Source: Octopus vulgaris
Taxonomy: Eukaryota
Reading direction: 5' to 3'
Length of the DNA: 64,000 nt
Assembly (NCBI GenBank): GCA_951406725.2
Contig: OX597814.1
Span: forward strand, 69,998,001 to 70,062,000
Below, in pieces: positions 1 through 11,651 of the stretch. Made by a program: the position numbers and the translations under genes. Each line of letters begins with the position of its first letter. Position 1 is the stretch's first letter. The notes under the pieces were generated by a model. The model did not search any database and was not told the origin of the DNA. It worked only from the letters and a program-made list of their open reading frames with translations.

Positions 1-1998
1 AAAGAAAGAGCAGACAAAGAAGCCTGGGCTATAGACAACATAAAATCTAACCCCAGAGCTTTCTACAGGTATGCCAAAGAAACAGCTACGGTGCACTGTA
101 GAATAGGGCCACTCCTCGAAAAGGATGGCACACTTACAGGAAAACCAATGAGGGTAAGTGAAATACTGAATGAGCAATTCAAGAGTGTTTTCACTCCACC
201 CCTTGGGCATCTCCAAATCACCAATCCAACTGACTTTTTTACCACTGCAGATATAAAATCAGAGGCGGCGACGATAGATTACATCGATATAAAGGAAGAC
301 GATGTAATCAAGGCTATAGATGAAATGAAAACAGACTCAGCTACTGGCCCCGATGGATTCCTGGCAATCCTCCTAAAAGCATGTAAGAGAGTCCTAGAAA
401 GACCACTGCAGTTCCTCTTTCAGAGCTTCCTTGCAGCTGGCAAACTTCGAAGAAAACTGAAGGAAGGTAAAATATGCCCCATTCATAAAGGAGGTAGCAG
501 AGCAGAAGCCAAGAACTACAGACCTATCTCTCTCACCTCACACATCAGCAAGGTCATGGAACGAATAGTCAGAAGGAAGCTGATCACCTTCCTTGAAGAG
601 AATGACTTGCTGCCCGACACCCAACATGGTTTCCGACCAGGGAGAAGCTGTTTAACTCAGCTCCTACAACACTATGACTGGGTGCTGAAACGGCTGCTCA
701 ACCACTCAAATGTGGAAGTGATATATCTCGACTTTGCAAAGGCCTTTGATAAAGTCGATCATGGAATGATATGTCACAAACTGCGTGATCTCAACATAGT
801 TGGAAAACTGGGAGAATGGCTTCATGACTTTCTGAAAGATAGAAGTCAGGTGGTAGTAGCCAATGGGGCACTTCCATTAACACGCAAATAGTGAGCGGTG
901 TTCTGCAGGGCACTGTTCTGGGACCACTACTGTTCATAATGGCCCTCTCAGACATGCCCTCAGCCACGCAGAGAGCCACGATCACAAGTTATGCAGATGA
1001 TACAAAAGTTTCACAGGCAATACAGAACCCTGAGGACACTAAACACCTGCAATGTGAGCTGGACAAAATATACAAGTGGGCTGAAAAGAATAGCATGCAG
1101 TTCAATGCTGAAAAGTTTCAAGCTCTATACTATCAGTATGCAAAACTAAATGCAATACCCAATGAATACACTGGACCCGGAGGAATAGCAATCCCAGAGG
1201 CACAATCAGTGCGTGACCTAGGTATTTACATGAGTGATGACGCGACCTTTCGTGTACATGTTGCTAAATTGGCAATGAAATGTAGACGACTGGCCGGATG
1301 GATCCTCAGAACCTTTAGAACAAGAGAACAAGAAACCATGATGGTCCTCTGGAGGACACTTGTCCTAAGCCACTTTGACTACTGCTCTCAGTTATGGTCG
1401 CCATCCAGTGTCAAGTTGATCACAGAGCTCGAGGCGATCCAACGTAGCTACACGAAGAAGATAGCCTCTATGCTGAATGTAAGCTACTGGGAAAGACTCA
1501 AGAGATTAAAACTATATTCCCTGGAGCGTAGGCGGGAAAGATATGCCATAATATACATCTGGAAGATCCTGGAGGGACGTGTCCTAAACTTTGGCATCGA
1601 GAGTTACGCAAATGCCAGAACTGGGCGCCACTGCGTGGTGCCTAGGACTCCAAACTTGCCATCAAGATGTAGGACAAGATTCTGTGATAGCCTGGGCTTC
1701 CGAGGCCCACAGCTCTTCAATATCCTCCCGAAGAACCTGAGAGACCTGCATGGGGTGGATGCAGATGTCTTTAAAATGAAGCTGGATCTCTTCCTGTCAG
1801 GTGTCCCAGATGAACCAACTTCACGGCAGAAGGGGCAGATGAGGGCAGCTGCATCGAACTCTCTCATGCACCAAATGGCAGTTTGCTAGAAAGCTTTCGT
1901 GAAGTGAAACCAAGTAGCAACACCAAATGGCGGTGCCCCAGCATGGCCACAGCTCATAAGCTGAAACTAGAATCAATCAATCAATCAATCAATCAATC
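1..1998 (+). mobile_element. CR1-group LINE, 3' part of ORF2 (RT) with one frameshift near 880-891, 3' UTR and (AATC)n tail
   Basis: ORFs 91-891 and 891-1889 carry NYRPISLTS, QHGFRPGRSC, YLDFAKAFDKVDH, QGTVLGP, YADD and LYSLERRRER; (AATC)7 at 1971-1998. Confidence 0.9.
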
Positions 1999-2057
1999 AT
2001 ATACAAATAAATGAAAGAATGGAGTTGAACGACGAATTAATACAATTCCTTTATTTT

Positions 2058-2142
2058 ATTTTCGACATATGTTTCGAAGGCTGCATATTCCTAATTTCGA
2101 AGGAATAAGGGGTGCATTATGCCGCCTTCTCATCAGGAAAAT
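2058..2142 (-). ncRNA. Minimal type I hammerhead ribozyme motif, intact core
   Basis: Minus strand reads ttttc-CTGATGA-gaaggc...gccttc-GAAA-catat-GTC-gaaaa: stem I ttttc/gaaaa, stem II gaaggc/gccttc, palindromic ACATATGT stem III. Confidence 0.8.
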
Positions 2143-2962
2143 TAAGGAACTTATGTCAGCATGAAGATGCTCAGAAATTTTTAGATGACTGCCCACACGG
2201 AGCCCATAGCGATAATGAGTGTTTCTTTAAAATATTCCTTTATAAGCAGTGACGTCAAAAATGGTTGAATGTAGAAGATTCTAGAAGGTTCAAGGGTTCA
2301 AACAAGGTAGGAGGAGAGAGACCTAAGAATAGGAAGGTAAATGGGTGCAGGTCAAATGAATGGTGATTTTGTTGTTTTCTTTTGTGAATGAGTGCCTATG
2401 TGTGTGTATGTATATAACTGCATTAATGGCTATGTGTGTGTATGTGTGTGCGTGATTGTGTGTTTGGATGGGTAGATGCCAAAAAAGACAGTGGTGAAGT
2501 GACAGGTTTGTGCCTGTGTGTTTGATTGTGCTTATGATAGAGAGAGGGAAAGAGAGAGAGAAAGGAGGGCGAGTTAGAGAGACAAAGGTAAAACACACCT
2601 CAATGGGTTGGCTAGTAGTCCTTTAAGAGTATAAAAATTGACTATGGGGGTGATTTTTAAATGGGACTATATTATTAAAATTCAAGAAAGTTGTCTATAT
2701 TAATCATTATTCATATGAGTGAAAGGTGTGTTTTTGCCAGTGCATGCATCTGTAGGATTTCTCGACCATTGTATTTATTAACGGGACTTTGGCGAACAAA
2801 GGTCTCTCTCCTCCAACCTTGTTTGAACTCTTGAACCTTCTAGAATCTTCTACATTTGCTTATAACGGAATATTTTAAAGAAACACTCATTATCGCTATG
2901 GGCTCCGTGTGGGCAGTCATCTAAAAATTTTTGTGCATCTTGATGCTGACATAAGTTCCTTA

Positions 2963-3047
2963 ATTTTCCTGATGAGAAGGCGGCATAATGCACCCCTTAT
3001 TCCTTCGAAATTAGGAATATGCAGCCTTCGAAACATATATCGAAAAT
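2963..3047 (+). ncRNA. Hammerhead ribozyme motif, mirror copy with GUC changed to AUC
   Basis: CTGATGA 2969-2975, gaaggc/gccttc stem, GAAA 3030-3033, catatATC then gaaaa. Confidence 0.7.
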
Positions 3048-3251
3048 AAAATAAAGGAATTTTATTAATTCGTCATTCAACTCCATTCTTTCATTTATTT
3101 GTATTTAAAAAAACACACAAATTTCCACACGATAGCACGTGATCTCTGCCCTAGGCATGTAGCTTCAACCCTGTTTTTCTGACGTGAATTTACTACCCAG
3201 GTATCGGTTAACCGAATTATCCATAATAAGATAATTCATTCAACTACTCAA

Positions 3252-3302
<51 letters not shown>

Positions 3303-3306
<4 letters not shown>

Positions 3307-3670
3307 GTTGGAATTTATAAAAAACAAAAGACGAAGACAGGTATGTAAACGACAAACAGGTGTATTAATTTAACATTCAGGAAGGTGAGAAAGTCTTTTA
3401 TATTTCAAGCCTACGCTCTTCCACAGAAAGGAACACGAGAAAATAAACACAGAGAGAATAAAAAAAGAAAGCCTCACCATGATAGATCACTAACCACTGA
3501 ACCTTTTTCTATTTTCTCTCCCTGTTTACTTCTGTGTTCCTTTCTGTCGAAGAGCTTAGGCTCAAAATGTAAAAGACTTTCTCACTTCCCGAGTGATAAA
3601 CTAATACATCTGTTTGTTGTTTACACACCCATCTTTGTCTTTTGTTTTTTTGTAAATTCTCAATATATAT
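3303..3670. repeat. Second fold-back element between (TA)n tracts, with decayed hammerhead-like motif in both arms
   Basis: About 3305-3460 is the reverse complement of about 3510-3665; same family recurs at 43715-43800 and 44560-44705. Confidence 0.8.
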
Positions 3671-3682
3671 ATATATATATAT

Positions 3683-4602
3683 TGTTGTGAGTTCAGCTTG
3701 AGGACAGAGACGGCGACCCATATTTGGAATATATCCATTGTCCTGTCAGATTCAGGTGGATTAATTGGTTCTGTTTGGAACTACGACCCCTTTCAGGTGA
3801 ACCAAAGTTCGCTCTAAGCACCCCTTAAAAAGGAAGAACCTTGAGCTGTAGGGACAGTTGGCCGGAAACTCTGCTAGAGACGAGTCAGTCGAAGACAGAG
3901 CAAGTAACAGGTTGTTTTCTGCTGTGACAGATGAAGGACAGGGAAGGTTAAGGAATTAAGAGACTGCAGCGAGAGGGCTTGGCAATCACAGTAGTAATTG
4001 TCTGAAATTGTGACAGACGGAAAAGGAACGTCCGGTAAAGTTTTGTTTGTATTTAATTATGTATTGATATGCATTACGATGTAAAGAGACTGTAAAAGAA
4101 AAGAAAGAGAGAGAAAAAGAAGGACTTTGATATAGTCGATAATGAACATTGAACTGTAACGTGAATTGTTGTGATACGAACATTATATAATGTATCGAAC
4201 TGTTCTGATTGGACCGTAACGCATCGTGAACATTAGTTGATCTGAACTTGCTTGTCTATGAACATTGTTTATTGTATCCGCATGTTGTTTTCTTTAGATG
4301 CTTTGATCTGTTGCTGATATATATGACTTGTTGTGTCGTTACCGAACACTGTTATATTGAGTAGTCACGTGCATGCCCTCCTTTAAATGTTTACCTTAAA
4401 TGCTTTGATGTATCTTGATGTTGTAACAATTGTAATAGTCCTATAAACTAGTTGTCAAACGTAGCCAATTGCCTTGCCTTCCGCTGTGTCTCAGTGTCTC
4501 TTCTCTCTGCTGCTGCTGTTGTTGTCGTTATCTCTCTCTCCTCTCCGAGTTTCCGTGGCGGACTTTCCTGATCGACCGGACGACGGCAGGTGGTCCGTAA
4601 CA
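3683..4602 (+). repeat. 5' LTR (920 bp)
   Basis: TGTTG...TAACA; direct repeat of 9469-10401. Confidence 0.97.
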
Positions 4603-4604
4603 AC

Positions 4605-4622
4605 TGGTGTCAGAAGTGGGAT
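4605..4622 (+). promoter_or_regulatory. Primer binding site, tRNA-Leu
   Basis: TGGTGTCAGAAGTGGGAT, 2 nt after the LTR, complementary to the tRNA-Leu 3' end (ATCCCACTTCTGACACCA). Confidence 0.88.
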
Positions 4623-4657
4623 CGTCCTGATTGTTGCGGTCGATTCGGTTGTCCGCC

Positions 4658-5920
4658 ATGGCTTCGGGGGGATCACGAGCAAAAGGCCAAACCGCGAAGG
4701 AGGAGATATCTCTGTCTATGGTTGTGGAGTTGCTGAAGGAGCAGAGAGCACAGCTAGACGCATTTATTGGAGGGGTGGAGCAGCGGCGGTTGCAGGAAGA
4801 CCACTGGCAGTTCAGGGAGGAGTTACGCGGAATGAGTGGCGATGTCACATGGTGCAGAGAGCAAATGGTTAGGCTAGACGAGAGAGTGGAGTGCGTGGAG
4901 AAACTTGGTGTCACCGGACCTGAGGTGGTTACCGCTGCTCCGTCGCATCGTAATGTTCCAACATCTGGCCCCCCGTCTCCAGGGATTCAGGGTAGCTCCG
5001 TGATTCCCATGAGGAAGAAACCACAGGAGTTCGATGGCAAAGTGTCGTGGGAGGCCTACCGAATCCAGTTCGAGATGCTGGCTGACCTGAGCGGTTGGGA
5101 CGAGGGGCAAAGAGCCGTTCAGCTTGCCACCAGCTTGAAGGGTCCTGCGCTGGAGGTGCTGGGCCGGCTATCGGAAGTAGACAGGAGCCGTTACTCGGCG
5201 CTGGTGGCGGTCCTCCAGAGGAAATATGGCACTATGTGCCAGAGTGAAACATACAGGGCACGCTTCCGCACCCGTGTCAGGGCTAGAGGGGAACCCCTAC
5301 AGCAGCTTGCCCAGGACTTGGAGGGCATGGTGCATAAGGCCTACCCCACGGCTGCCCCCAATCTCTTATCTCTTCTTTTGAAAGAGCAATTTATAGACGC
5401 TCTGGAGAGTGCAAACCTCAAGGTCCAGGTAAAGCAGGCACGGCCAGATACGATGCAGGAAGTGCTAGCTAGAGCCCTGGAGTTTGAGTCGTACGTGAAA
5501 TCCAGCACCGGGAGTTTCCGAGTGAGTGGCGGCTCTGGATTCCAAGCCAAAAGAGGGAGGATCCCCGAGGATGACGGACTTGGGGATAGCCCTGAACCTT
5601 CTGAGAGGGACGAGGAGACGACTGGTGTGTGTTGCTGGCACTGTGGGAGACCTGGACATAGGCGGCGGGACTGCTATAGCTTGAGGAGAGAGAGAAGACG
5701 GGACGGTGGAGCGAGGTCTGCCTTCAGGGGCGAGTGCTGGGGGTGTGGAAAGAGGGGACACCTGCGGTATGACTGCCCAGCAGGGACGGCGGAGAGCAAA
5801 GAAAGAGAGTCGGGAAACTGGGAGGAGCTGGTGTTAAGGGGCAACCGCCAGCCAGACACTCCAAGCAGGCCCCACATTCAAGACGGCGTGCAGGGTCCGG
5901 TATCGACAGCATACGAGTAA
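4658..5920 (+). CDS. gag: Gag with two CCHC zinc knuckles
   Basis: ATG in GCCATGG context; capsid-like FDGKVSWEAY; CWHCGRPGHRRRDC and CWGCGKRGHLRYDC. Confidence 0.92.
   Translation: MASGGSRAKGQTAKEEISLSMVVELLKEQRAQLDAFIGGVEQRRLQEDHWQFREELRGMSGDVTWCREQMVRLDERVECVEKLGVTGPEVVTAAPSHRNVPTSGPPSPGIQGSSVIPMRKKPQEFDGKVSWEAYRIQFEMLADLSGWDEGQRAVQLATSLKGPALEVLGRLSEVDRSRYSALVAVLQRKYGTMCQSETYRARFRTRVRARGEPLQQLAQDLEGMVHKAYPTAAPNLLSLLLKEQFIDALESANLKVQVKQARPDTMQEVLARALEFESYVKSSTGSFRVSGGSGFQAKRGRIPEDDGLGDSPEPSERDEETTGVCCWHCGRPGHRRRDCYSLRRERRRDGGARSAFRGECWGCGKRGHLRYDCPAGTAESKERESGNWEELVLRGNRQPDTPSRPHIQDGVQGPVSTAYE
5812..5873 (+). promoter_or_regulatory. -1 programmed ribosomal frameshift signal (G GGA AAC plus putative pseudoknot)
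   Basis: Slippery heptamer is in the gag frame; the -1 frame is open from here into pol; stem 5827-5833/5846-5852 and loop GGGGC 5838-5842 can pair with GCCCC 5869-5873. Confidence 0.8.
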
Positions 5921-8900
5921 GGGGAAAAATTAACGGCCGGACGTGCTCCCTTGTGGTCGACTCAGCCTCGGGACGGACCTTTGTGAGACCCGATGTGTTG
6001 CGGCACCTATACCTGCCAGAGTCGTCGCGGCGGCTGTGTGGTGTTACCGGACATTGTACTGAGCTGAGGGGGCCGGTTAAGGTCCGGATTGATGTCGCCG
6101 GACTAGAGGTTGTGCTTCCTGTCTATGTGGTGGAGATGGAGGACCAGTGCATTTTGGGACTGGATTATTTGGCGTCGAATGCTTGTCAGCTGGACTTGGG
6201 TTCCATGAAGCTTTCGGTGCGGGGAAGATCAGTACCTGTTAGGGTGGTAGAGCAAACTGCGCCTGGTAGCGAGGTGAGAGCGCTCCGGACGACTGTGATA
6301 CCACCAAGATCAGAAAAGCTGCTCCAGTGTCGGGTGGACGGTCCGCTTGACGACTCTCTGGGGCTGGTGGAGCCCGACAGACGATGTGAAATGAAGGCTG
6401 GAGTGACAGTCGGACGAACTCTGGTGGAGGCAGGAGCTCGTGAAGTGCTGGTGGTGGCGGCCAACTTCTCGGGAGTGGCGCAGAGGATTTGTAGGGGACA
6501 AATCGTGGGACTGTGTCAGGCGGTAGACCGGTGGCAGGGTCGGTTGCGTAACTGTAGGGGGGTGGTCGAGGAGGGTGGTGGTCTGCCTGTTCATTTACAG
6601 GACCTGTTCGCACGGAGTCGCCAGTGCCTAGTTGGTGCTCAGGTGTTGCGATTGAGGAGGTTGCTAGCTAAGTATGCTGACGTGTTCTCTGCAGGAGTTC
6701 GAGACCTCGGGTGCACGGACCTGGTGGAGCACCGTATTGACACGGGCGGCCACCGCCCAATCAGGCAGCCAGCACGGAGGATGGCCCCGGTTCAGCGACA
6801 GGAAATGGAGGAAGTGATGGAGGAATACCGACAACAGGGAATAGTGGAAAGATCAGACAGCCCCTGGTCGTCGGCTATTGTTTTAGTGCGGAAGAAAGAC
6901 GGCACGGCGAGATGTTGCGTGGACTACCGGGCACTCAATGAAGTGACGGTCAAGGATGCGCATCCTTTGCCGAGGATCGATGACACGCTTGACGCTTTGG
7001 CGGGGGCTCGGTGGTTCTCTACGTTGGATATGAAAGCCGGATACCACCAAATCAGGGTTGCCGAGAAGGATAGAGAGAAGACCGCATTCTCGTACGGACA
7101 GGGTTTGTGGCAGTTCAGCGTGATGCCCTTTGGCTTGTGCAACGCCCCTGCGACTTTCGAGCGTCTGATGGACCGAGTCCTGGAGGGCCTACACTGGCAG
7201 GCCGCCCTCATCTATCTTGATGACGTCATCGTATTCGGGCGAACGTTTGATCAGGAGATGGAGAGGTTGTCGGGGGTACTCGAGAGGTTCCGAACTGCAG
7301 GCCTCAAGTTGAACCCGAAGAAGTGCAGTCTGTTCCAGAAGGAAGTGAGGTACCTGGGACATATTGTAGGCGAAGTCGGTGTCCGTACCGACCCAGAGAA
7401 GGTGGCCGCTGTGAGGGATTGGCCGGTCCCCGCTTGTGTGAGGGAGCTGAGGAGTTTCCTCGGGCTGTGCACCTATTATAGGCGCTTTGTGAAAGACTTT
7501 GCTGCAGTGGCCGCGCCGTTGCACAGCCTGCTGGGGAAGAGCCAGGGGTTCGGGTGGACTGCCATGGCACAGCGTGCGTTCAACGAGCTCAAGCAGGCGC
7601 TGTTGAGTTCCCCTGTGCTGCCGTACCCGGACCTGAGCAGGCCTTTCATACTGGACTGTGACGCCAGTAGCCATGGTATTGGAGGGGTACTGTCCCAGAG
7701 AAAGGGCGACAGGGAGTTTGTGGTGGCGTTCTACAGCAAAAAGCTCAGTCCGCCCGAGCGAAACTACTGTGTAACCCGTAGAGAGCTGTTGGCGGTGGTG
7801 AGGAGCGTCGACTTCTTCCATCCGTACCTGTACGGGTCCCATTTTATCATTAGGACGGACCATGCGGCACTCAAGTGGCTAAAGACACTGTGGAACCCAG
7901 AGGGACAACTGGCACGTTGGCTGGGGAAGCTGGACCAACACGACTATGAAGTACAGCACCATCCGGGGCGGGTACATGGCAATGCTGACAGTTTGAGCCG
8001 TCGCCCTTGTGAATCGGACTGCGGGCATTGTGCAGGAAGAGAAGAACGTAGTTGCGGATGCAGGCGTACTGTAGTGACCGGGTACGTATTCACTGGAGAG
8101 TTGCGGAGGAGACAGCTGGAGGATGCCGACTTGGGGCCGGTGGTGGAGTGGCTGCAGCAGGGAACAGCGAGACCATCTTGGGAGGAAGTATCCAGGTCCG
8201 GCCCCGAAACTAAAAGCTATTGGGGCCAGTGGGACCTTCTTCGTCTGAACGACGGGTTGCTTGAGAGGCGCTGGGAGACGCCCAATGGCCTGAGTAAATA
8301 TTGGCAGTTGGTGATCCCCAGGGGGATGAGACCTGAATTGTTGGAGGAGGCCCACAACCAGATCACGAGTGGGCATCTGGGGGTCAAGAAGACGCTGAAT
8401 CGGCTGCGGCACAGGTTCTATTGGACAGGCATGCGTCGGGACGTTCAGGAATGGTGTCGATCTTGCGATGTATGCTGTGCCAAGAAGGGACCGAGGAGGC
8501 GGGGGTGTGCCCCTCTGCAGTTGTACCAGGTTGGTGTGCCCATGGAAAGGATAGCCGTGGATATAGCTGGACCGTTGCCACTCACGGAAAGAGGCAACAG
8601 GTACATATGTGTGGCCATGGACTATTTCACAAAATGGCCTGAGGCATATGCCATCCGTGACCAGGAGGCCACATCTGTTGCGCGGGTGTTGGTAGACCAG
8701 TTCTTCTGTCGGTTCGGTGTGCCCCAGGAGTTGCATTCCGATCAAGGTAGGAACTTTGAATCGGCTGTGTTCCAGGAATGTTGTAGGCTGTTGGGGATTA
8801 AGAAGACCAGAACGACCCCAATGAGACCCCAGTCGGACGGGATGGTGGAAAAGTTTAATTGGACACTGGGGCAGGAACTAGCCAAATAATGTGTAGACGG

Positions 8901-9429
8901 ACAGTTGGAGTGGGACTTAAAGCTGCCCGCGCTGCTGCTTGCTTATCGTTCCGCGACGCACGAGACGACTGGCTATACGCCTGCAAAGCTGATGTTGGGC
9001 CATGAAGTAAGGCTCCCAGTTGATCTGTTGTTGGGAAGACCTCCGGGAGAGGAGCTACCCAGGGAGACCTCCAGCTACATAAAACATTTGCAGGAGACGC
9101 TGACCGAGGTACACCAGCAGGTTAGAGAAGCCCTGAAATTTTCGGGGGAAGTAATGAAGCGTCGGCACGACACCAGGGCTAGTGAGGTCGACTTCGAGGA
9201 GGGCGATGAGGTGTGGTTCCACAACCCCAGGCGGAAGAGAGGGCAGTCTCCGAAGCTGCAGAGTCCCTGGGAGGGGCCTTACACGGTGGTGACCCGTTTG
9301 TCCGATGTGACGTACAGGATTCGGGGAGGCAGGAGATCTTCCCCGAAAATTGTGCATGCGAACCGTCTGTGGAGGTACCATGGGCCTGGCCGGTTCAGCT
9401 GGGGCTCGCCCTCGGAGGTGCGAGTTTAG
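5812..9429 (+). CDS. pol: Pol (protease, RT, RNase H, integrase) with one in-frame TAA at 8887-8889
   Basis: VVDSAS protease; YLDD; CDASSHGIGG/RTDH RNase H; HHCC, DIAGP, HSDQG and GMVE integrase; ORF 8905-9429 continues the same frame with a GPY motif. Confidence 0.95.
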
Positions 9430-9455
9430 TATGTTTTGTCGGGTCGACAAAGCTT

Positions 9456-9468
9456 AGGTGGGGGGTAG
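9456..9468 (+). promoter_or_regulatory. Polypurine tract
   Basis: AGGTGGGGGGTAG directly before the 3' LTR. Confidence 0.85.
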
Positions 9469-10401
9469 TGTTGCGAGTTCAGCTTGAGGACAGAGACGGC
9501 GACCCATATTTGGAATATATCCATTGTCCTGTCAGATTCAGGTGGATTAATTGGTTCTGTTTGGAACTACGACCCCTTTCAGGTGAACCAAAGTTCGCTC
9601 TAAGCACCCCTTAAAAAGGAAGAACCTTGAGCTGTAGGGACAGTTGGCCGGAAACTCTGCTAGAGACGAGTCAGTCGAAGACAGAGCAAGTAACAGGTTG
9701 TTTTCTGCTGTGACAGATGAAGGACAGGGAAGGTTAAGGAATTAAGAGACTGCAGCGAGAGGGCTTGGCAATCACAGTAGTAATTGTCTGAAATTGTGGC
9801 AGACGGAAAAGGAACGTCCGGTAAAGTTTTGTTTGTATTTAATTATGTATTGATATGCGTTACGATGTAAAGAGACTGTAAAAGAAAAGAAAGAGAAAGA
9901 AGAAAGAGAGAGAAAAAGAAGGACTTTGATATAGTCGATAATGAACATTGAACTGTAACGTGAATTGTTGTGATACGAACATTATATAATGTATCGAACT
10001 GTTCTGATTGGACCGTAACGCATCGTGAACATTAGTTGATCTGAACTTGCTTGTCTATGAACATTGTTTATTGTATCCGCATGTTGTTTTCTTTAGATGC
10101 TTTGATCTGTTGCTGATATATATGACTTGTTGTGTCGTTACCGAACACTGTTATATTGAGTAGTCACGTGCATGCCCTCCTTTAAATGTTTACCTTAAAT
10201 GCTTTGATGTATCTTGATGTTGTAACAATTGTAATAGTCCTATAAACTAGTTGTCAAACGTAGCCAATTGCCTTGCCTTCCGCTGTGTCTCAGTGTCTCT
10301 TCTCTCTGCTGCTGCTGTTGTTGTCGTTATCTCTCTCTCCTCTCCGAGTTTCCGTGGCGGACTTTCCTGATCGACCGGACGACGGCAGGTGGTCCGTAAC
10401 A
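9469..10401 (+). repeat. 3' LTR (933 bp)
   Basis: Matches the 5' LTR except for a 13 bp indel and about three substitutions seen by eye. Confidence 0.97.
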
Positions 10402-10417
10402 ATATATATATATATAA

Positions 10418-10579
10418 TGGGCTTCTTTTAGTTTCTGTCTACCAAATCCACTCGAAAGGCTTTGGTTGGCCCGAGGCTATAGTAGAAGACACTTGCCCGA
10501 GGTACCACGGAGTGTGACTGAACCTGGAACCATGTGGTTGGTAAGCAAGCTACTTACCACACAGCCACTCCTGCGCCTA
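10418..10579 (-). mobile_element. tRNA-derived SINE family A, 5' part
   Basis: Minus strand has GTGGCTGTGTGG A-box-like and GGTTCAGTC B-box-like motifs, then GGGCAAGTGTCTT; copies at 18290, 38755 and 60320. Confidence 0.8.
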
Positions 10580-11418
10580 TGTATGTGTGTGTGTGTGTGT
10601 GTATCACCAGGAAATGAGTAACATGACTAGTTATAAATGCCAAAATTTTCCCTGCTGAAGAATGTACCCCCACAACATAGGTTAAAAATTAGTGACTTTA
10701 GGATCAGGGCTAAATGGCTGCCCAGGAGACAACCAGTGCGGAAAAGAAGGGTTCTGGAAGCTTAAGGATCCTCTGAATGGACAGAGATTTAGAGACATAT
10801 TACTTGAACCTTTTGATGAAAAAGTGGAGAATATAGTATCACATAATGCGAAGGACTACTGACTAGATCTGTGGTTAGTGCAAAGTTCCCTCTAGACCTA
10901 AGGTGACATGGTGGTGGAAGAATGTAGTTGGCAGGGCTAATAAGAAAAAGAAACAGGCATGGAAGGACTGGAAGTGTGGTGGTAGCAGGGAACTGTATCA
11001 GATCACCAGAAGGGAAGTTAGGAGACAAGTTTACTTAGCTAGAGAGGAATCAGATAGGAAGAAATTTGCCAATGTTCTGCACCATGAGGACCAAAGACAT
11101 GAAGTGTTTCGAATTGCAAGACAGTGTGTGAGAGAAAATCACAATGCCATAGGAAAGAAATGCATCTGCATGGATGATGGCTCACTTGCATTTAATGATG
11201 CTGCAAAGAGAGATGATTGGAGATGTCATTATGAAAGGTTGCTAAATGAAGAAAATATATGGGAGAAAGAGAGTCTGCCAAATGTCAACCCAACAGAGGG
11301 GCCAGGTATCTGAATTGAATGTAACTGGGTAGATAAAGCAATTAAGGGTATGAAGACAGGGAAAGCCCCTGGCCCATCAGGAATCACTGCTGGGATGCTT
11401 AAAATATCAGACAGTGTA

Positions 11419-11651
11419 TATTTCTTTATTGCTCACAAGGGGCTAAGCATAGAGGGGACAAACAAGGACAGACAAATTAATTAAATTGATTAAATCAACC
11501 CCAGTGCATAACTTGTATTTATTTAATCGACCCTGAAAGGAGGAAAGGCAAAGTCAACCTCGGCAGAATTTGAACTCAGAACATAACGGCAGACAAAATA
11601 CCGCTAAGCATTTCACCAAGCATGCTAATGTTTCTACCAGCTCACCACCTT
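11419..11651 (-). mobile_element. tRNA-derived SINE family B inserted in the RTE
   Basis: Reverse copy of 20566-20802; imperfect 14 bp TSD TATCAGACAGTGTA / TATCAGGCAATGTA. Confidence 0.88.

Larger units (their letters stand above)
2001..3104. repeat. Fold-back element with about 300-320 bp inverted arms (2001-2324 / 2800-3104), probably Penelope pLTR-derived
   Basis: Arms are near-perfect reverse complements apart from one ~20 bp indel; each carries a hammerhead motif. Confidence 0.9.
3683..10401 (+). mobile_element. Full-length Ty3/gypsy LTR retrotransposon
   Basis: TG...CA LTRs, ATAT flanks in a (TA)n tract, PBS, PPT, gag, and pol in PR-RT-RH-IN order. Confidence 0.98.

Noticed and set aside
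7189-8745. Long antisense ORFs (224 and 288 aa)
   Set aside because: Shadows of the GC-rich pol frame with no recognisable motifs
8905-9614. Possible separate env or third ORF
   Set aside because: 8905-9429 is the in-frame integrase C-terminus; 9213-9614 runs into the LTR and has no envelope features
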